This document shows, in pieces, positions 8,821 through 18,680 of a DNA stretch of 52,413 nt. A program made the translations under genes and the position numbers. The notes under the pieces were generated by a model that did not search any database, was not told where the DNA came from, and worked only from the letters and a program-made list of their open reading frames with translations. The number at the start of each line of letters is the position of its first letter. Positions within the stretch are counted from its first letter, which is position 1. The stretch is from Alphaproteobacteria bacterium (lineage in GTDB: Bacteria; Pseudomonadota; Alphaproteobacteria; UBA11073), in contig JABDAM010000007.1 in assembly GCA_013289145.1 (NCBI GenBank), positions 1 to 52,413 on the forward strand. The letters are read 5' to 3'.

Positions 8821-9810
8821 ATGGATTATGCAGCGATGAAGGCAACGCTTGAGACAATCGGGGTGGAAAACTTCATAACATCCTATCGGTCCAAACCGGT
8901 TTCAACCCAGTTGGTTGCGCAAATGCAAGGCTTTCTGACGGCGGATGAAGGTCAGCCGTTTCGCGCGGAATTGAAAGAATATTTAAACGAAAGCGATTGG
9001 AAAGAATTCAGCGATGAACATTTGGTTACCTTGGTCAGCGGCATCTTGCGCGAACCCGCATTGCAAAACCGCGACGGCAACGGCGTTTTAACCGTGTTTA
9101 TGAGCAATCACGTTATCAGCCCGTCAACCAGGCCTGATGAATTAAAAGAACTTGAGCGCCGGGCGGGCGTCCTTGCTTCCGTCATGGAGACGGAGATTTT
9201 GGGACGGACGAATAAGGTTTTGCAAATGCCGGTGCATATGGCCGTTTTATCCGGCTATACCAATCTGGCTGAAACGCTAGTCGACCGCATGCATCCACGG
9301 GATCTGGGGCGGCGAGACGGGGATGGTTGCACGCCGCTTCATTCGACGATACAGCGCGCGAAAACCTTGACCGTTAATGAAGTGTCCGTTCAGCCTTATG
9401 CTTCGCTGGCAAAAAAGATTATTGCGAAAATGGAGCCGGAACATTTGGGTTTGCAAAAGAAGAATTCCGAGGAAACGGCTTTGCATTTAATCGTAGACCG
9501 TACCGGCCTGAGCCGCGGTAATATTATTCAGCATCACTTTGCCATGCTGACAGATTTTTGGCCTGTCTTGGAAGATTTGCTTGTTAAAATGAAGCCTATG
9601 GATGTGATGAAAAAGAACGCAGGCGGCCAATCCGCCTTGATGATTGCCGAGGCGATACATGGCAACGCGACGGAAAGCGCAACGATCGGGCAATATTTCA
9701 GTTCCCGGCAGGCGGGCGCGCGGCCGGAAAAAAGCATTGGAGAATTGGTTGGCTTGCTGAGAAAACATCAGCTGTCTGTTGATGCGCTTTTGGGCGGTTT
9801 TGGTTTGTAG
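8821..9810 (+). CDS. Ankyrin-repeat-like protein
   Basis: Repeated motifs PVHMAV..G, DGDGCTPLH, ETALH, GQSALMIA. Confidence 0.7.
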   Translation: MDYAAMKATLETIGVENFITSYRSKPVSTQLVAQMQGFLTADEGQPFRAELKEYLNESDWKEFSDEHLVTLVSGILREPALQNRDGNGVLTVFMSNHVISPSTRPDELKELERRAGVLASVMETEILGRTNKVLQMPVHMAVLSGYTNLAETLVDRMHPRDLGRRDGDGCTPLHSTIQRAKTLTVNEVSVQPYASLAKKIIAKMEPEHLGLQKKNSEETALHLIVDRTGLSRGNIIQHHFAMLTDFWPVLEDLLVKMKPMDVMKKNAGGQSALMIAEAIHGNATESATIGQYFSSRQAGARPEKSIGELVGLLRKHQLSVDALLGGFGL

Positions 9811-9825
9811 GTTGCGCGGCGCGCG

Positions 9826-10584
9826 CTAACTCCAAAACTGTTCGTTTAAAATCCGTTCTTCCAGGTTGTGTTCCGGATCAAACAGCAGGTGCAATGACAC
9901 GCCGCGTTCCTCGGCGACGTAGACGCGTTTGACGTCGCGGACCTCGGTAAAATCCGCCACGGCGGAGACGGGGCGCTTGACGGCGTCGAGGACTTCAAAG
10001 GTCACTTCGCATTTAGACGGCAACAGCGCGCCGCGCCAATGGCGGGGGCGGAAGGCATTGATGGGCGTGAGTCCGAGCAGGTTGCTGCCCAGGGGAATAA
10101 TCGGGCCGTGGGCGGATAGGTTATAGGCGGTGGAACCGGCAGAGGTGCAGACCATCACGCCGTCGCCCGTCATTTCCTTCATGCGCGCGCGGCCGTCAAT
10201 GGAGATGCTGATTTTGCAGGCTTGGCGGCTTTCGCGCAGCATGGAAACTTCGTTGATGGCGAGGGCTTCGACGGATTTGCCTTTCACGGTTTCGGCGAGC
10301 ATGCGGAGTGGATGGAGCGTCACGCGGTCCGCGCGCGCGATGCGTTCGGGCAGGCCGGGGATATGATATTCATTCATCAAAAAACCGACCGTTCCGCGGT
10401 TCAGGCCGTATATCGGCGCTTCTTCACCGATGTAGCGGTGCAGGGTTTCCAGCATAAACCCGTCGCCGCCCAGCGCGATGATCACATCCGCTTTATGCGG
10501 CGCGGTGTGGCCGTAACGTTTGGCAAGGCCGACGCGCGCGGTGCGCGCCTCAGGCGTTTTGGCGGCCACGAAGGCAAATTTCAT
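9826..10584 (-). CDS. nadK: NAD kinase
   Basis: [33 protein letters not shown]; ATGA overlap with the pyrC stop. Confidence 0.94.
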   Translation of the reverse strand: MKFAFVAAKTPEARTARVGLAKRYGHTAPHKADVIIALGGDGFMLETLHRYIGEEAPIYGLNRGTVGFLMNEYHIPGLPERIARADRVTLHPLRMLAETVKGKSVEALAINEVSMLRESRQACKISISIDGRARMKEMTGDGVMVCTSAGSTAYNLSAHGPIIPLGSNLLGLTPINAFRPRHWRGALLPSKCEVTFEVLDAVKRPVSAVADFTEVRDVKRVYVAEERGVSLHLLFDPEHNLEERILNEQFWS

Positions 10585-11639
10585 GCGACGCTCCATGGGG
10601 TGGTTTCACCCGCGCGGAAGGGGATCAGTTCCATGCCGTCGTCGGCGATGAATTTGTCCGGCACGGTTTGCGGTTGTTTGATGAGGGTGATGGTGTCGTC
10701 GTTCACGGGCAGACCATAAAATTTCGCGCCGTTGATGGAAGCGAAGTTTTCCAGGCGGTCGAGCGCGCCTTCTGCGTCAAAAACTTCGGCGTATAATTCG
10801 ATGGCGGCGTGGCCGGTGTAAACTCCGGCGCAGCCACAGGCGGTTTCTTTTTTATCGCGCGCGTGCGGGGCGCTGTCGGTGCCGAGGAAGAACCAGGCAT
10901 TGCCGGATGTCGCGGCGGCGCGCAGCGCGATTTGATGGCGCGCGCGCTTGATGATGGGCAGGCAATAATAATGCGGGCGGATGCCGCCCACGAGCATGTC
11001 GTTGCGGTTGAGGAGAAGGTGGTGGACGGTAATCGTCGCGCCGACTGCACCGTTTTGCGCATTGACGAAATCCACCGCGTCGGCGGTCGTGATATGCTCC
11101 ATCACAATTTTCAGCCCGGGGAAATCCCGGCGCAGCGGCGCGAGGATTTTGTCGATAAAGGTTTTTTCGCGGTCGAAAATGTCGACGGCGGGATCGGTGA
11201 CTTCGCCGTGGATGAGGAGGGGCATGCCGATTTTTTGCATGCGTTCCAATGCACCGTAAATGTTTTTGACATCCGTCACGCCGTGGGCGGAGTTCGTCGT
11301 CGCATGGGCCGGGTATAATTTCGCCGCCGCAAAAATTTTATCTTCATAGCCTTGCGCCAGGTCGTCCGCATCCGTGCCGTCCGTCAAATAACATGTCAGC
11401 AATGGCGTAAATTTTCTCTCGTCTGCTCGTCTGCTCGTCTGCTCATCTGCTAAAAAATCAAATTCTTTTTTATATTCGCGCGCCATTGCTGCGGTCGTCA
11501 CCGGCGGGACCAAATTCGGCATGGCGATGGCGCGGCCAAAAACGCGGGCGTGATGCGGCGCGACGAGGCGCAGCATCGCGCCGGTGCGGAAATGCGCGTG
11601 CCAGTCATCCGGGCGGCGGATGGTGATGCGTTGCGTCAT
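10581..11639 (-). CDS. pyrC: Dihydroorotase
   Basis: [39 protein letters not shown]. Confidence 0.97.
   Translation of the reverse strand: MTQRITIRRPDDWHAHFRTGAMLRLVAPHHARVFGRAIAMPNLVPPVTTAAMAREYKKEFDFLADEQTSRRADERKFTPLLTCYLTDGTDADDLAQGYEDKIFAAAKLYPAHATTNSAHGVTDVKNIYGALERMQKIGMPLLIHGEVTDPAVDIFDREKTFIDKILAPLRRDFPGLKIVMEHITTADAVDFVNAQNGAVGATITVHHLLLNRNDMLVGGIRPHYYCLPIIKRARHQIALRAAATSGNAWFFLGTDSAPHARDKKETACGCAGVYTGHAAIELYAEVFDAEGALDRLENFASINGAKFYGLPVNDDTITLIKQPQTVPDKFIADDGMELIPFRAGETTPWSVA
11418..11451. repeat. Tandem octamer (CTCGTCTG)x4 inside pyrC
   Basis: Three perfect units and one variant; encodes [11 protein letters not shown]; same unit as at 23169-23286. Confidence 0.85.
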
Positions 11640-11644
11640 CTTAA

Positions 11645-12121
11645 TTATGCTAGCTGTGGAATTCGCGCAAATTTTGGCTTACGCTCTACGGAATCATGCA
11701 AGCCATCAAATCGAATAACTACGCGCACGCCGTCAGGAGCTTGGTATTTAGCAAGTAAATCATCCTGGCCGTCGCGCTTTTGCAAGCCAAGTAATTCTAC
11801 AATTTGATCGCGGCGTTTAAAATCAGCATTGGAAACATAAAACCGTTTTGGCGTGACGTGGTCAGTTTGCAATGCGATATCGATATACTGTCCTTCGCGG
11901 TCGCGCTTCGTTTCAACATGGTACGGAAGCTCGGCTATTTTTGTGATATCAACGGCCTTGCCGATGCGTCCGCCTTTGGTGGTGAAGGATGTGTTGAGCA
12001 GGCTCGATACGAACTTTACCATCTCGGCACTTTTCCGATCCGGCCAGTAAAGGGTGCCATCAGCGCAAGAGCGCGTAAGCGTTAAATGAAAACCTCTTCG
12101 TCTTGTCGCTAAAACTCCCAT
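11645..12121 (-). CDS. Hypothetical ORFan, 158 aa
   Basis: SD AGGAG; fills the chpT-pyrC gap. Confidence 0.65.
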   Translation of the reverse strand: MGVLATRRRGFHLTLTRSCADGTLYWPDRKSAEMVKFVSSLLNTSFTTKGGRIGKAVDITKIAELPYHVETKRDREGQYIDIALQTDHVTPKRFYVSNADFKRRDQIVELLGLQKRDGQDDLLAKYQAPDGVRVVIRFDGLHDSVERKPKFARIPQLA

Positions 12122-12169
12122 GATACAGGCTCCTGGTCAGTCTGATTTGTATCGCGGCAATTTATCGGA

Positions 12170-12787
12170 CTATTTATTCCAATGCAACCGGATCATCACA
12201 TTATCCGGACCGGAAGTGTGGATGATCTTTGCGCCCAGGCGCGCGGCTTGCGCGGCGGTCAAGACGGTGTGCGCCGTGCGCGGGTCCAGGTTGTCGGGCA
12301 ATACCGCGCCGTCCAATGCGGCGGCGATATCTTCGCCCAATTTCGCGTTCGCGCTGCGGTAGGTAACGGCGATCTCGCCCGGCGAGGCGGCCAGCGACAC
12401 CGTGCAAGCCCCGCGCACGATATCAGGCGTGAGCAGCAGCAAATTCAAAATCACCTTGCCGCTGCCCGCGGGCATATCCACGGAGGTCGGCGGCCAATCG
12501 ATGTTGACCTTGGTATCTTCGAAATAGGCGAGGGCGACGGAGCGGATTTCATCCAGCTTTACATCCTGTCCCGCGAGGCCATAGGCATAGCGGAAAGCGC
12601 GCAGGCGGCGGGATGCATTACGGGCGCTGTCGGCGATCAGCAGGTCGGCATCAGGGCGGGCTTCGTCGCCGACCTCGGCGATCAGTTCGATGCCGTTGTT
12701 GATGGCGCTGATGGGCGAAATCAAATCATGGCACAGGCGCGAGCAGATCAGCTCAGCCACGCGCAGGTCTATCCGGTCGTCAGTCAT
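12170..12787 (-). CDS. chpT: Histidine phosphotransferase ChpT
   Basis: LICSRLCHDLISPISAINNGIEL His-box; RLRAFRYAYG. Confidence 0.9.
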   Translation of the reverse strand: MTDDRIDLRVAELICSRLCHDLISPISAINNGIELIAEVGDEARPDADLLIADSARNASRRLRAFRYAYGLAGQDVKLDEIRSVALAYFEDTKVNIDWPPTSVDMPAGSGKVILNLLLLTPDIVRGACTVSLAASPGEIAVTYRSANAKLGEDIAAALDGAVLPDNLDPRTAHTVLTAAQAARLGAKIIHTSGPDNVMIRLHWNK

Positions 12788-12941
12788 CGGTCCTCAGTTT
12801 TTGTTATCTTTGCGTAGCATATTAGGTGGAATATTCAATGAGGCACAGGCAGATAAAGAATGGAGGGCCCGTTTATTCATGAGTTCTGCTTGTAAATTGG
12901 GGAAAATATTAGTATAGCATTAGGCGTTGGAGGCATCCTTT

Positions 12942-13349
12942 ATGACATACAATTTACTGCAAAGGCTCGGCATGGAAACGGCGACCCAATCCAAGGGTGG
13001 TTCAGACAAGGTGCCACCAACCGTGGGGATTCAATCTTCGGATGCGGGCGGGGCTTCTGATCCGTCGTTACTCTCTCCTGCCATGCGTGAGTGGATAAGA
13101 AGAAGCCGTGCCGACCGGAATTTGACAGTTGAAGGGCTTAGCGAACGCTCCGGGTTAGACGCGAATACCATCAAGGGATTAGAGAGCGGCGAAGTTGGTG
13201 AACCTTCGGTTGATGTGCTGAATAAGCTTGAAAAGGGATTGGGTCTTCAAACAGGGATCATTCATGAAATAATGGCTGATGCAAAACGTCTTGAAGGTCT
13301 ATCGCAAGCGAGAAGAGCAAAACGAGAGGGATTTTATTTTGATTTTTAG
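12942..13349 (+). CDS. XRE-family HTH protein
   Basis: IRRSRADRNLTVEGLSERSGL...IKGLESG...PSVDVLNKL; SD GGAGG 8 nt before ATG 12942. Confidence 0.75.
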   Translation: MTYNLLQRLGMETATQSKGGSDKVPPTVGIQSSDAGGASDPSLLSPAMREWIRRSRADRNLTVEGLSERSGLDANTIKGLESGEVGEPSVDVLNKLEKGLGLQTGIIHEIMADAKRLEGLSQARRAKREGFYFDF

Positions 13350-13360
13350 AGCATCCGACC

Positions 13361-13437
13361 GCGCCCGTAGCTCAGCTGGATAGAGCGGTTGCATCCTAAG
13401 CAATAGGCCGGGAGTTCGAATCTCTCCGGGCGCGCCA
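13361..13437 (+). tRNA. tRNA-Arg(CCT)
   Basis: GCGCCCG acceptor stem, TAGCTCAGCTGGATAGAGC D arm, anticodon CCT, GTTCGAATC, CCA end. Confidence 0.95.
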
Positions 13438-13557
13438 GTTAGGGTTTCAGTTTTGAAATTACCTGAAGCGCAATAATCCCCAGCGATTTTCCTGGCCGCC
13501 GCTTCCGTGAGTCCCAGCCGTCGATAAAGCCGCTATATCTATTTCAAGATGCCAGAA

Positions 13558-14019
13558 TTACTTTAATCCGAAACCCTGTTCCGTAGACCTTCTGGTAATG
13601 TTGTTTTGGTTCACGGGCACAGGCGTCATTTTCATCTTCGCCGCCAATACATTCACGGCATCAACGAAATCATCGAAGGATGCAAACCGAACGGCTGCGG
13701 CTGTCGGCGTCATGCAGCATCCGGATAGATCATCGACAAAATTAACTTCTTTGCCGAGCCCCAGGCCAATGCCGCCTATTATGCCTGTGATGATGGCCAT
13801 ACGGCCTGTATAAGGGGTTCTTTCATCATCAAAATGGCCAATTTCCAGGCCGCCGCCGCTATCGATGTTAATCGTGATATGGGCCGGCAATGCCCAGTTA
13901 TCACTGCGTCTTCCAATTTTGCTTGTCGTGTAGGCCGTAGCAATGATTTCGGCGCATTGTTCGGCGCGGGATTCTAATGTCTTATCACCCAAATATTTCA
14001 GCTTGTATCGAATGGTCAT
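13558..14019 (-). CDS. Hypothetical ORFan, 153 aa
   Basis: SD AAGGAG; promoter with the conserved box. Confidence 0.7.
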   Translation of the reverse strand: MTIRYKLKYLGDKTLESRAEQCAEIIATAYTTSKIGRRSDNWALPAHITINIDSGGGLEIGHFDDERTPYTGRMAIITGIIGGIGLGLGKEVNFVDDLSGCCMTPTAAAVRFASFDDFVDAVNVLAAKMKMTPVPVNQNNITRRSTEQGFGLK

Positions 14020-14057
14020 TCTATTCTCCTTAAAGTTTGGCGAAAATATTACTTGTA

Positions 14058-14105
14058 AATATATTATTTATCCGCCGTGAAAGCAAAAAATTTAATACTT
14101 TCATG
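14058..14105 (-). promoter_or_regulatory. ORFan promoter with the conserved upstream box
   Basis: Minus strand: CAT-GAAAGTATTAAATTTT-TTGCTT-17 nt-TATATT. Confidence 0.7.
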
Positions 14106-14180
14106 GTTAAGTGTTTGCGCGCCGGTCCAGCCGGATGTGACCCCTTGCCATCCCGCGCGGTTTCGGGGATGTTTAGATTC

Positions 14181-14921
14181 ATGACATTGCCGCCGTTTTT
14201 TGAATTTGCATGGCTGACGCCGCAGTTGGAATCTTCAGCTGTGATTTTTCTGGATATCGTAATTGCGATGCTGCTTGGCCTGATGGTGGGGTATGAACGG
14301 TCTTATCGCGGCCGCGCGGCGGGGATGCGGACGTATAGTTTCGTATGCATGGCCTCCTGCGCGATGACGGCGATGATGGGCTATCAAAAACACTGGTTCG
14401 GCGGGGCGGAGGTCTTTGCGGGCGGCGATCCGGGGCGGGTGATTCAGGGAATTATCACCGGCATCGGTTTTTTGGGCGCGGGCGTGATTATGCGCGACGG
14501 GCTGAATATTTCCGGCCTGACGACGGCGGCGTCCATTTGGGCGGTGGCCGCGGTCGGCGTATTGGTGGGATTAGGGATGTATTTGCCCGGGCTGTTTCTG
14601 GCCATATTGCTGATGATGGTGATGATGTGGGGATCGAAAATCGAATTCCTGTTTCCCACCCATTACGCCGTCGCGGTGAATTTGCAGTTCAGTAAAAATT
14701 TCACGCCGCCCGAGGACGAATTGCGCGCGTTTTTTACCAAGCACGGTTACAAAATCGCCAAGGGATCTTTTTCGACGGTGGCGCGGCTCGGGCAATATGA
14801 ATGGCGGTTCATCGTCGTTTCCGTCGGGCGGAATATCAGCACGCCATTGGTTGCGTTGAACCAGTTGCTGTCAGGCATGCAGGGTGTGGATGCGTGCCAT
14901 TTGTCTTATTCGCGGAATTAG
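14181..14921 (+). CDS. MgtC/SapB family membrane protein
   Basis: GYER....AGMRT, DPGRVIQGIITGIGFLGAGVI, GLTTAASIW; start chosen at ATG 14181. Confidence 0.92.
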   Translation: MTLPPFFEFAWLTPQLESSAVIFLDIVIAMLLGLMVGYERSYRGRAAGMRTYSFVCMASCAMTAMMGYQKHWFGGAEVFAGGDPGRVIQGIITGIGFLGAGVIMRDGLNISGLTTAASIWAVAAVGVLVGLGMYLPGLFLAILLMMVMMWGSKIEFLFPTHYAVAVNLQFSKNFTPPEDELRAFFTKHGYKIAKGSFSTVARLGQYEWRFIVVSVGRNISTPLVALNQLLSGMQGVDACHLSYSRN

Positions 14922-17008
14922 GGCGCGGGTGCGGGTGGATTGACGCCGCCATCGCCAATCGATTTCGGCCTTGGTTTTGCTTTTGAAAGAATATCGCGCA
15001 TGTCCTTAGGCAGATCGGCCAGCGGCCCGGGCTTGCCGATATGATGCCGGAAATGGCAATCGCGGTTCATTTTTAAACCGTTGCTGAAAGTAACATCAAC
15101 CTTGAATGTGTAGTAATCCACCGGGCGGAAAGAGGTGGATTTCTGTACCTCTTCCAGCTCGTAAAATTCGGGCGGCGAATAGCCGCTGCTGCCTTCGTTG
15201 TCAAAGTTCTCGCATACTTTCGTAACTTTACAGCTTACGGCGATGCGCGTGTCAGACGGCACGCCGTGGGGGAATGTCCGTGTCGGTTCGCACAAAATAA
15301 CCGGGGTGGTTTTTGTATAGTCGGGATTATTATGGGGGGTGTTGGATTCAAATATGATTTCGTTATATTGGATCGCGCAATCATAAAGCCATTCGGTGAT
15401 TGTTTGCTGCATTGTGGCCGGGCATTCGGAAAATTGTCCCGATACGGTTTCGCCCTTCAGAATATTTTTTAGCGCTTGATCCGGCAGGCCGAGCAGGAAA
15501 AAGCGCAGCATGGCTTCTTCTTCAAAAGAATCTACGGTTCCACCTGTTCCGCCGCCTTTGGTATCAAAAGACGCTTCGAAGTCTTTTATATTTGATCCCG
15601 CCAGCCCCGCTATGTTTTGCACAGAGTAATTAAGGACGCCAGGCGGATTGGCCGCCAGAAAATCGCGCATCGCCATAATATCAAGGGTTCCAGGCGCGCC
15701 GTTTTTGATGGCATCACGCAAGGATTTACGGTCAACGCGCGCGGGCGCAATGCCGGGCTTTAAAGCAAACCATCTGTTGCCGTCGGATTGCGGGTTGTTG
15801 CTTTCCGGGGTGATGTCCAGGCCGGTTAAAAAATCTTCCTGAGTAAACTCATCGCCGCCAATGGCCCCCATGCACGGCGCGAAAATGGTGTCGTATAACG
15901 GCATCACCAGATTTCCCCATCGCGGCATGCCTATAAAAATTGCGGATGTGATCGCTTCAAGCGGTTCATAGGATACAGGATCCTGAAACCAGGCGCGGAT
16001 AGTGGGGGATGCATTTTTAAAGGGCGGTGTGGAGAGGATGTTCTGATCTTCCAATCGACAGAAATCGATAAATTCTTTGAAGGGATCGTCATCCGGCACC
16101 GTCAGGCGATGTTTTGGGGGCGCTTTGCGTTTTTGCGCGCCATCCGTTTCATCATCCATATTATCTGGCGGCTCCAGTTTTTCCAACGGGCTTGGGGGAG
16201 ATTCTAGCACATCCGATAGCGCGACACCGTTGCTTCCGATCACCATCGTCCCGATTTCAAGGTTGCAATCTTCATTCAGGCGAAGCGACAGGGAAATTTC
16301 GGCGATATCATCGATATTTTCCGGATTGGGGACGATCTCTTTCAACCTTTGCTTGCTGTCCTGCTGCAACTTGCATTCATCTTTATATCTTTCCAGCGGC
16401 TTGCGTATCGCATCGTCACTCAAGTGGTGTTGCATTCCTCTGGGGTTGGTTGAAAAAACCACACGCTCGCCCGAGAGCAAAATATTCGACAAGGCTGGCG
16501 CCCCCATGGCGTCAACGATCTGAAGACCGAGCGCGCCCACAGGATTGCTGAGCGGCAGATAGCCGCGCTCGGCCTGTTCAGCATAATAATCTTTGATGCT
16601 TTTTGAAACATTTTGCATGCAAATTTTAAATTTTTCCGCTCTTTCCGCTTGCAGGTATTTTTCCAAACGCCTGCGGTCGGCGGTGGTTTGTTTCAGCTGA
16701 AAACCTTTGCCCGCCGGTTCCCAGGTTGCGTACATCACCTTTGCGATTTGTTTTTTCAAATCTTCGGGTGTTACATCGGCAACGCGGATTAGGGCCCGTT
16801 CTTTGGCGAGCAAAGGTGAAACGGTTAATTGCTCTCCCAATAATTGGGACAGCTCTTTTGCAATTTCTTCCCACGTTTTCGCGCGCGCTTCATAGGTAAC
16901 GGGCGCGGATGATTTGGCTTGAGCCGCAGGCGCGAATGAAGGTATGGCGGGCGAAACCATAATAAAACTTGCCGCCCGTAAAAGGTCTCTGCGCGAAATT
17001 GTCGACAT
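14918..17008 (-). CDS. Large hypothetical protein with twin-arginine signal peptide, 696 aa
   Basis: MSTISRRDLLRAAS...APAAQA N-terminus; PPAPAP tail. Confidence 0.75.
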   Translation of the reverse strand: MSTISRRDLLRAASFIMVSPAIPSFAPAAQAKSSAPVTYEARAKTWEEIAKELSQLLGEQLTVSPLLAKERALIRVADVTPEDLKKQIAKVMYATWEPAGKGFQLKQTTADRRRLEKYLQAERAEKFKICMQNVSKSIKDYYAEQAERGYLPLSNPVGALGLQIVDAMGAPALSNILLSGERVVFSTNPRGMQHHLSDDAIRKPLERYKDECKLQQDSKQRLKEIVPNPENIDDIAEISLSLRLNEDCNLEIGTMVIGSNGVALSDVLESPPSPLEKLEPPDNMDDETDGAQKRKAPPKHRLTVPDDDPFKEFIDFCRLEDQNILSTPPFKNASPTIRAWFQDPVSYEPLEAITSAIFIGMPRWGNLVMPLYDTIFAPCMGAIGGDEFTQEDFLTGLDITPESNNPQSDGNRWFALKPGIAPARVDRKSLRDAIKNGAPGTLDIMAMRDFLAANPPGVLNYSVQNIAGLAGSNIKDFEASFDTKGGGTGGTVDSFEEEAMLRFFLLGLPDQALKNILKGETVSGQFSECPATMQQTITEWLYDCAIQYNEIIFESNTPHNNPDYTKTTPVILCEPTRTFPHGVPSDTRIAVSCKVTKVCENFDNEGSSGYSPPEFYELEEVQKSTSFRPVDYYTFKVDVTFSNGLKMNRDCHFRHHIGKPGPLADLPKDMRDILSKAKPRPKSIGDGGVNPPAPAP

Positions 17009-17170
17009 AGTGTATTTCCGGAAAATTAAGGTTAAGAGGATTATTAAAACGGCTGTGAGTGCAGTTGTTATAAAAACTTTCTCAAGGTTTTACAACTGGA
17101 ATTCCCGGTTTGTCAGGGAATCGGCAATGCGGCGTGCCAGTCCGTTGTTGCTCGTTGCGCTCACGAAGAC

Positions 17171-17256
17171 TGGTGGCCCCGGCCGGACTCGAACCGGCAC
17201 GCCACGAGGACACACGATTTTAAGTCGTGGGCGTCTACCGATTCCGCCACGGGGCC
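17171..17256 (-). tRNA. tRNA-Leu(TAA)
   Basis: GGCCCCG stem, anticodon arm CACGA-CTTAAAA-TCGTG, long variable arm, GGTTCGAGTCC, CCA end. Confidence 0.95.
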
Positions 17257-17397
17257 TGTATCAAAAATACCAAACGAACATGAACAATAATATAATACAA
17301 AGCAATCCGGCAATGTGATAATATAAAAAGTCGGTGTTTGCATAGGGGCGCCGAGTCAATATAATCGCTTTCTGCGTGAAAATTCCGGAGTTGCGCC

Positions 17398-17973
17398 ATG
17401 AAAATCATCAGCCGTTTTGCCATTACGTTTTTCCTGGGGGCAGGTTTGCTGGCTTCGTCCCAGTCTTTTGCGCAGACGCCGGGGCTGGGCGCACCTCCGG
17501 CTTCCTCTCCGGCCGCTGCGGGAGTCCAGTCTGCTATTCCCATGCCGCAGCCTTCTGCCGTGGCTCCCTCCGCGCCGACGCTGCCTAAGCCGGCGGATCC
17601 GGGTGGGGCTACAGCAGCCGCATCAACGGCGGCCCCGGCCAGCAATGTGAATAATGCGAATCCTGTCCCATCGGCAATTGCGCCCGCGGTTCCCAAGGAA
17701 GATTATAAAGCACGCCATGCTGAGGAATTAAAAAAGCGCGCGGAAAAGAAACGGGCCGAGGAAGGGGCAAAGGCCGCGCGCAAGGCCGAAATGGATAAGA
17801 AAAAATCCGAACGTGATGCCAAACGGGCCACGCGCAAGGCTGCTTCCGATAAGCGCAAAGCCGCACGGGACGCGAAGATGAAGGCGATGGCGGATAGTTT
17901 CAAGGCATCAAGTTCTTCTCCTAATAGCAATGGTTCGTCTAATAACAATTCCTCCAATTCCAATGTGCATTAG
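17398..17973 (+). CDS. Secreted low-complexity protein (P/A-rich region, K/A/R-rich helix, S/N tail)
   Basis: Signal peptide ending SFA-Q. Confidence 0.7.
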   Translation: MKIISRFAITFFLGAGLLASSQSFAQTPGLGAPPASSPAAAGVQSAIPMPQPSAVAPSAPTLPKPADPGGATAAASTAAPASNVNNANPVPSAIAPAVPKEDYKARHAEELKKRAEKKRAEEGAKAARKAEMDKKKSERDAKRATRKAASDKRKAARDAKMKAMADSFKASSSSPNSNGSSNNNSSNSNVH

Positions 17974-17985
17974 GCTGACGGCTCA

Positions 17986-18615
17986 GTGGATAACCTGATC
18001 ACTACCGTTTTAGCCATTGGCCTGCTTAGTCTGATCGCGGCATTGGGCACAACCTATGGATCTGAGGCGATCCAGGCTTACCAGGCAAAAGTTGATGCCG
18101 CGCATATTGTCGCAGATGCCCAAGCCATCGCGGCGGCGTGGAAATCCTATGCGCGCGGGAATAATGGCGATCCGACCCTGGCTGGTTATTGCTGGGGATC
18201 GTCTGGTGCGACGGATTTGGTCACGGCTTATATGAACCATCTGCCTTCGCCGCCTACAAGCGCCGCTGATAATACGGTGAATTATTATTATCCCGCTGTG
18301 TTGAAAAATTACGGCACGAATGGCGCGACGACCAAGGTGGGGCCGACTTATACGCCCGCGGATACGATTGCGTTGCAGTTAAAAAGTCCACGTGTTTGCG
18401 CGGCAATTGCGACGTTGGGCGGATATTCCGCTGCGACAACGGCAACGTCTTTATCGGGTGATCTGACAGCCTATAGCACGCGCCAGCCTTATGATTGCCT
18501 GTTCGTTGATACAGCCAGTACAGGCTCGCCCGCGCAGGGCGATAGCATGCTGTTTATCTACCGGGTGTTCGATCAGAACAATTTTACGACTTCGGCGCGA
18601 AGCGCGTGTCCTTAA
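17986..18615 (+). CDS. Type IV pilin-like protein
   Basis: N-terminal hydrophobic helix followed by an amphipathic helix; four Cys including one near the C-terminus; no canonical G/FTLxE site. Confidence 0.55.
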   Translation: MDNLITTVLAIGLLSLIAALGTTYGSEAIQAYQAKVDAAHIVADAQAIAAAWKSYARGNNGDPTLAGYCWGSSGATDLVTAYMNHLPSPPTSAADNTVNYYYPAVLKNYGTNGATTKVGPTYTPADTIALQLKSPRVCAAIATLGGYSAATTATSLSGDLTAYSTRQPYDCLFVDTASTGSPAQGDSMLFIYRVFDQNNFTTSARSACP

Positions 18616-18620
18616 CAATA

Positions 18621-18680
18621 GATGCAAGATAGCAAGAGGCAAAAAATAATCTTGCTTCTTGCCTCTTGTATGCTTGCTTC
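18621..18680. repeat. Inverted short tandem (GCAAGAN-like) repeat between convergent genes
   Basis: CAAGAGGCAA (18633) and TTGCCTCTTG (18659) plus degenerate units. Confidence 0.6.

Noticed and set aside
13361-17256. Integrative island bounded by the two tRNAs
   Set aside because: No integrase and no duplicated tRNA 3' end were seen, and mgtC inside has backbone-like composition
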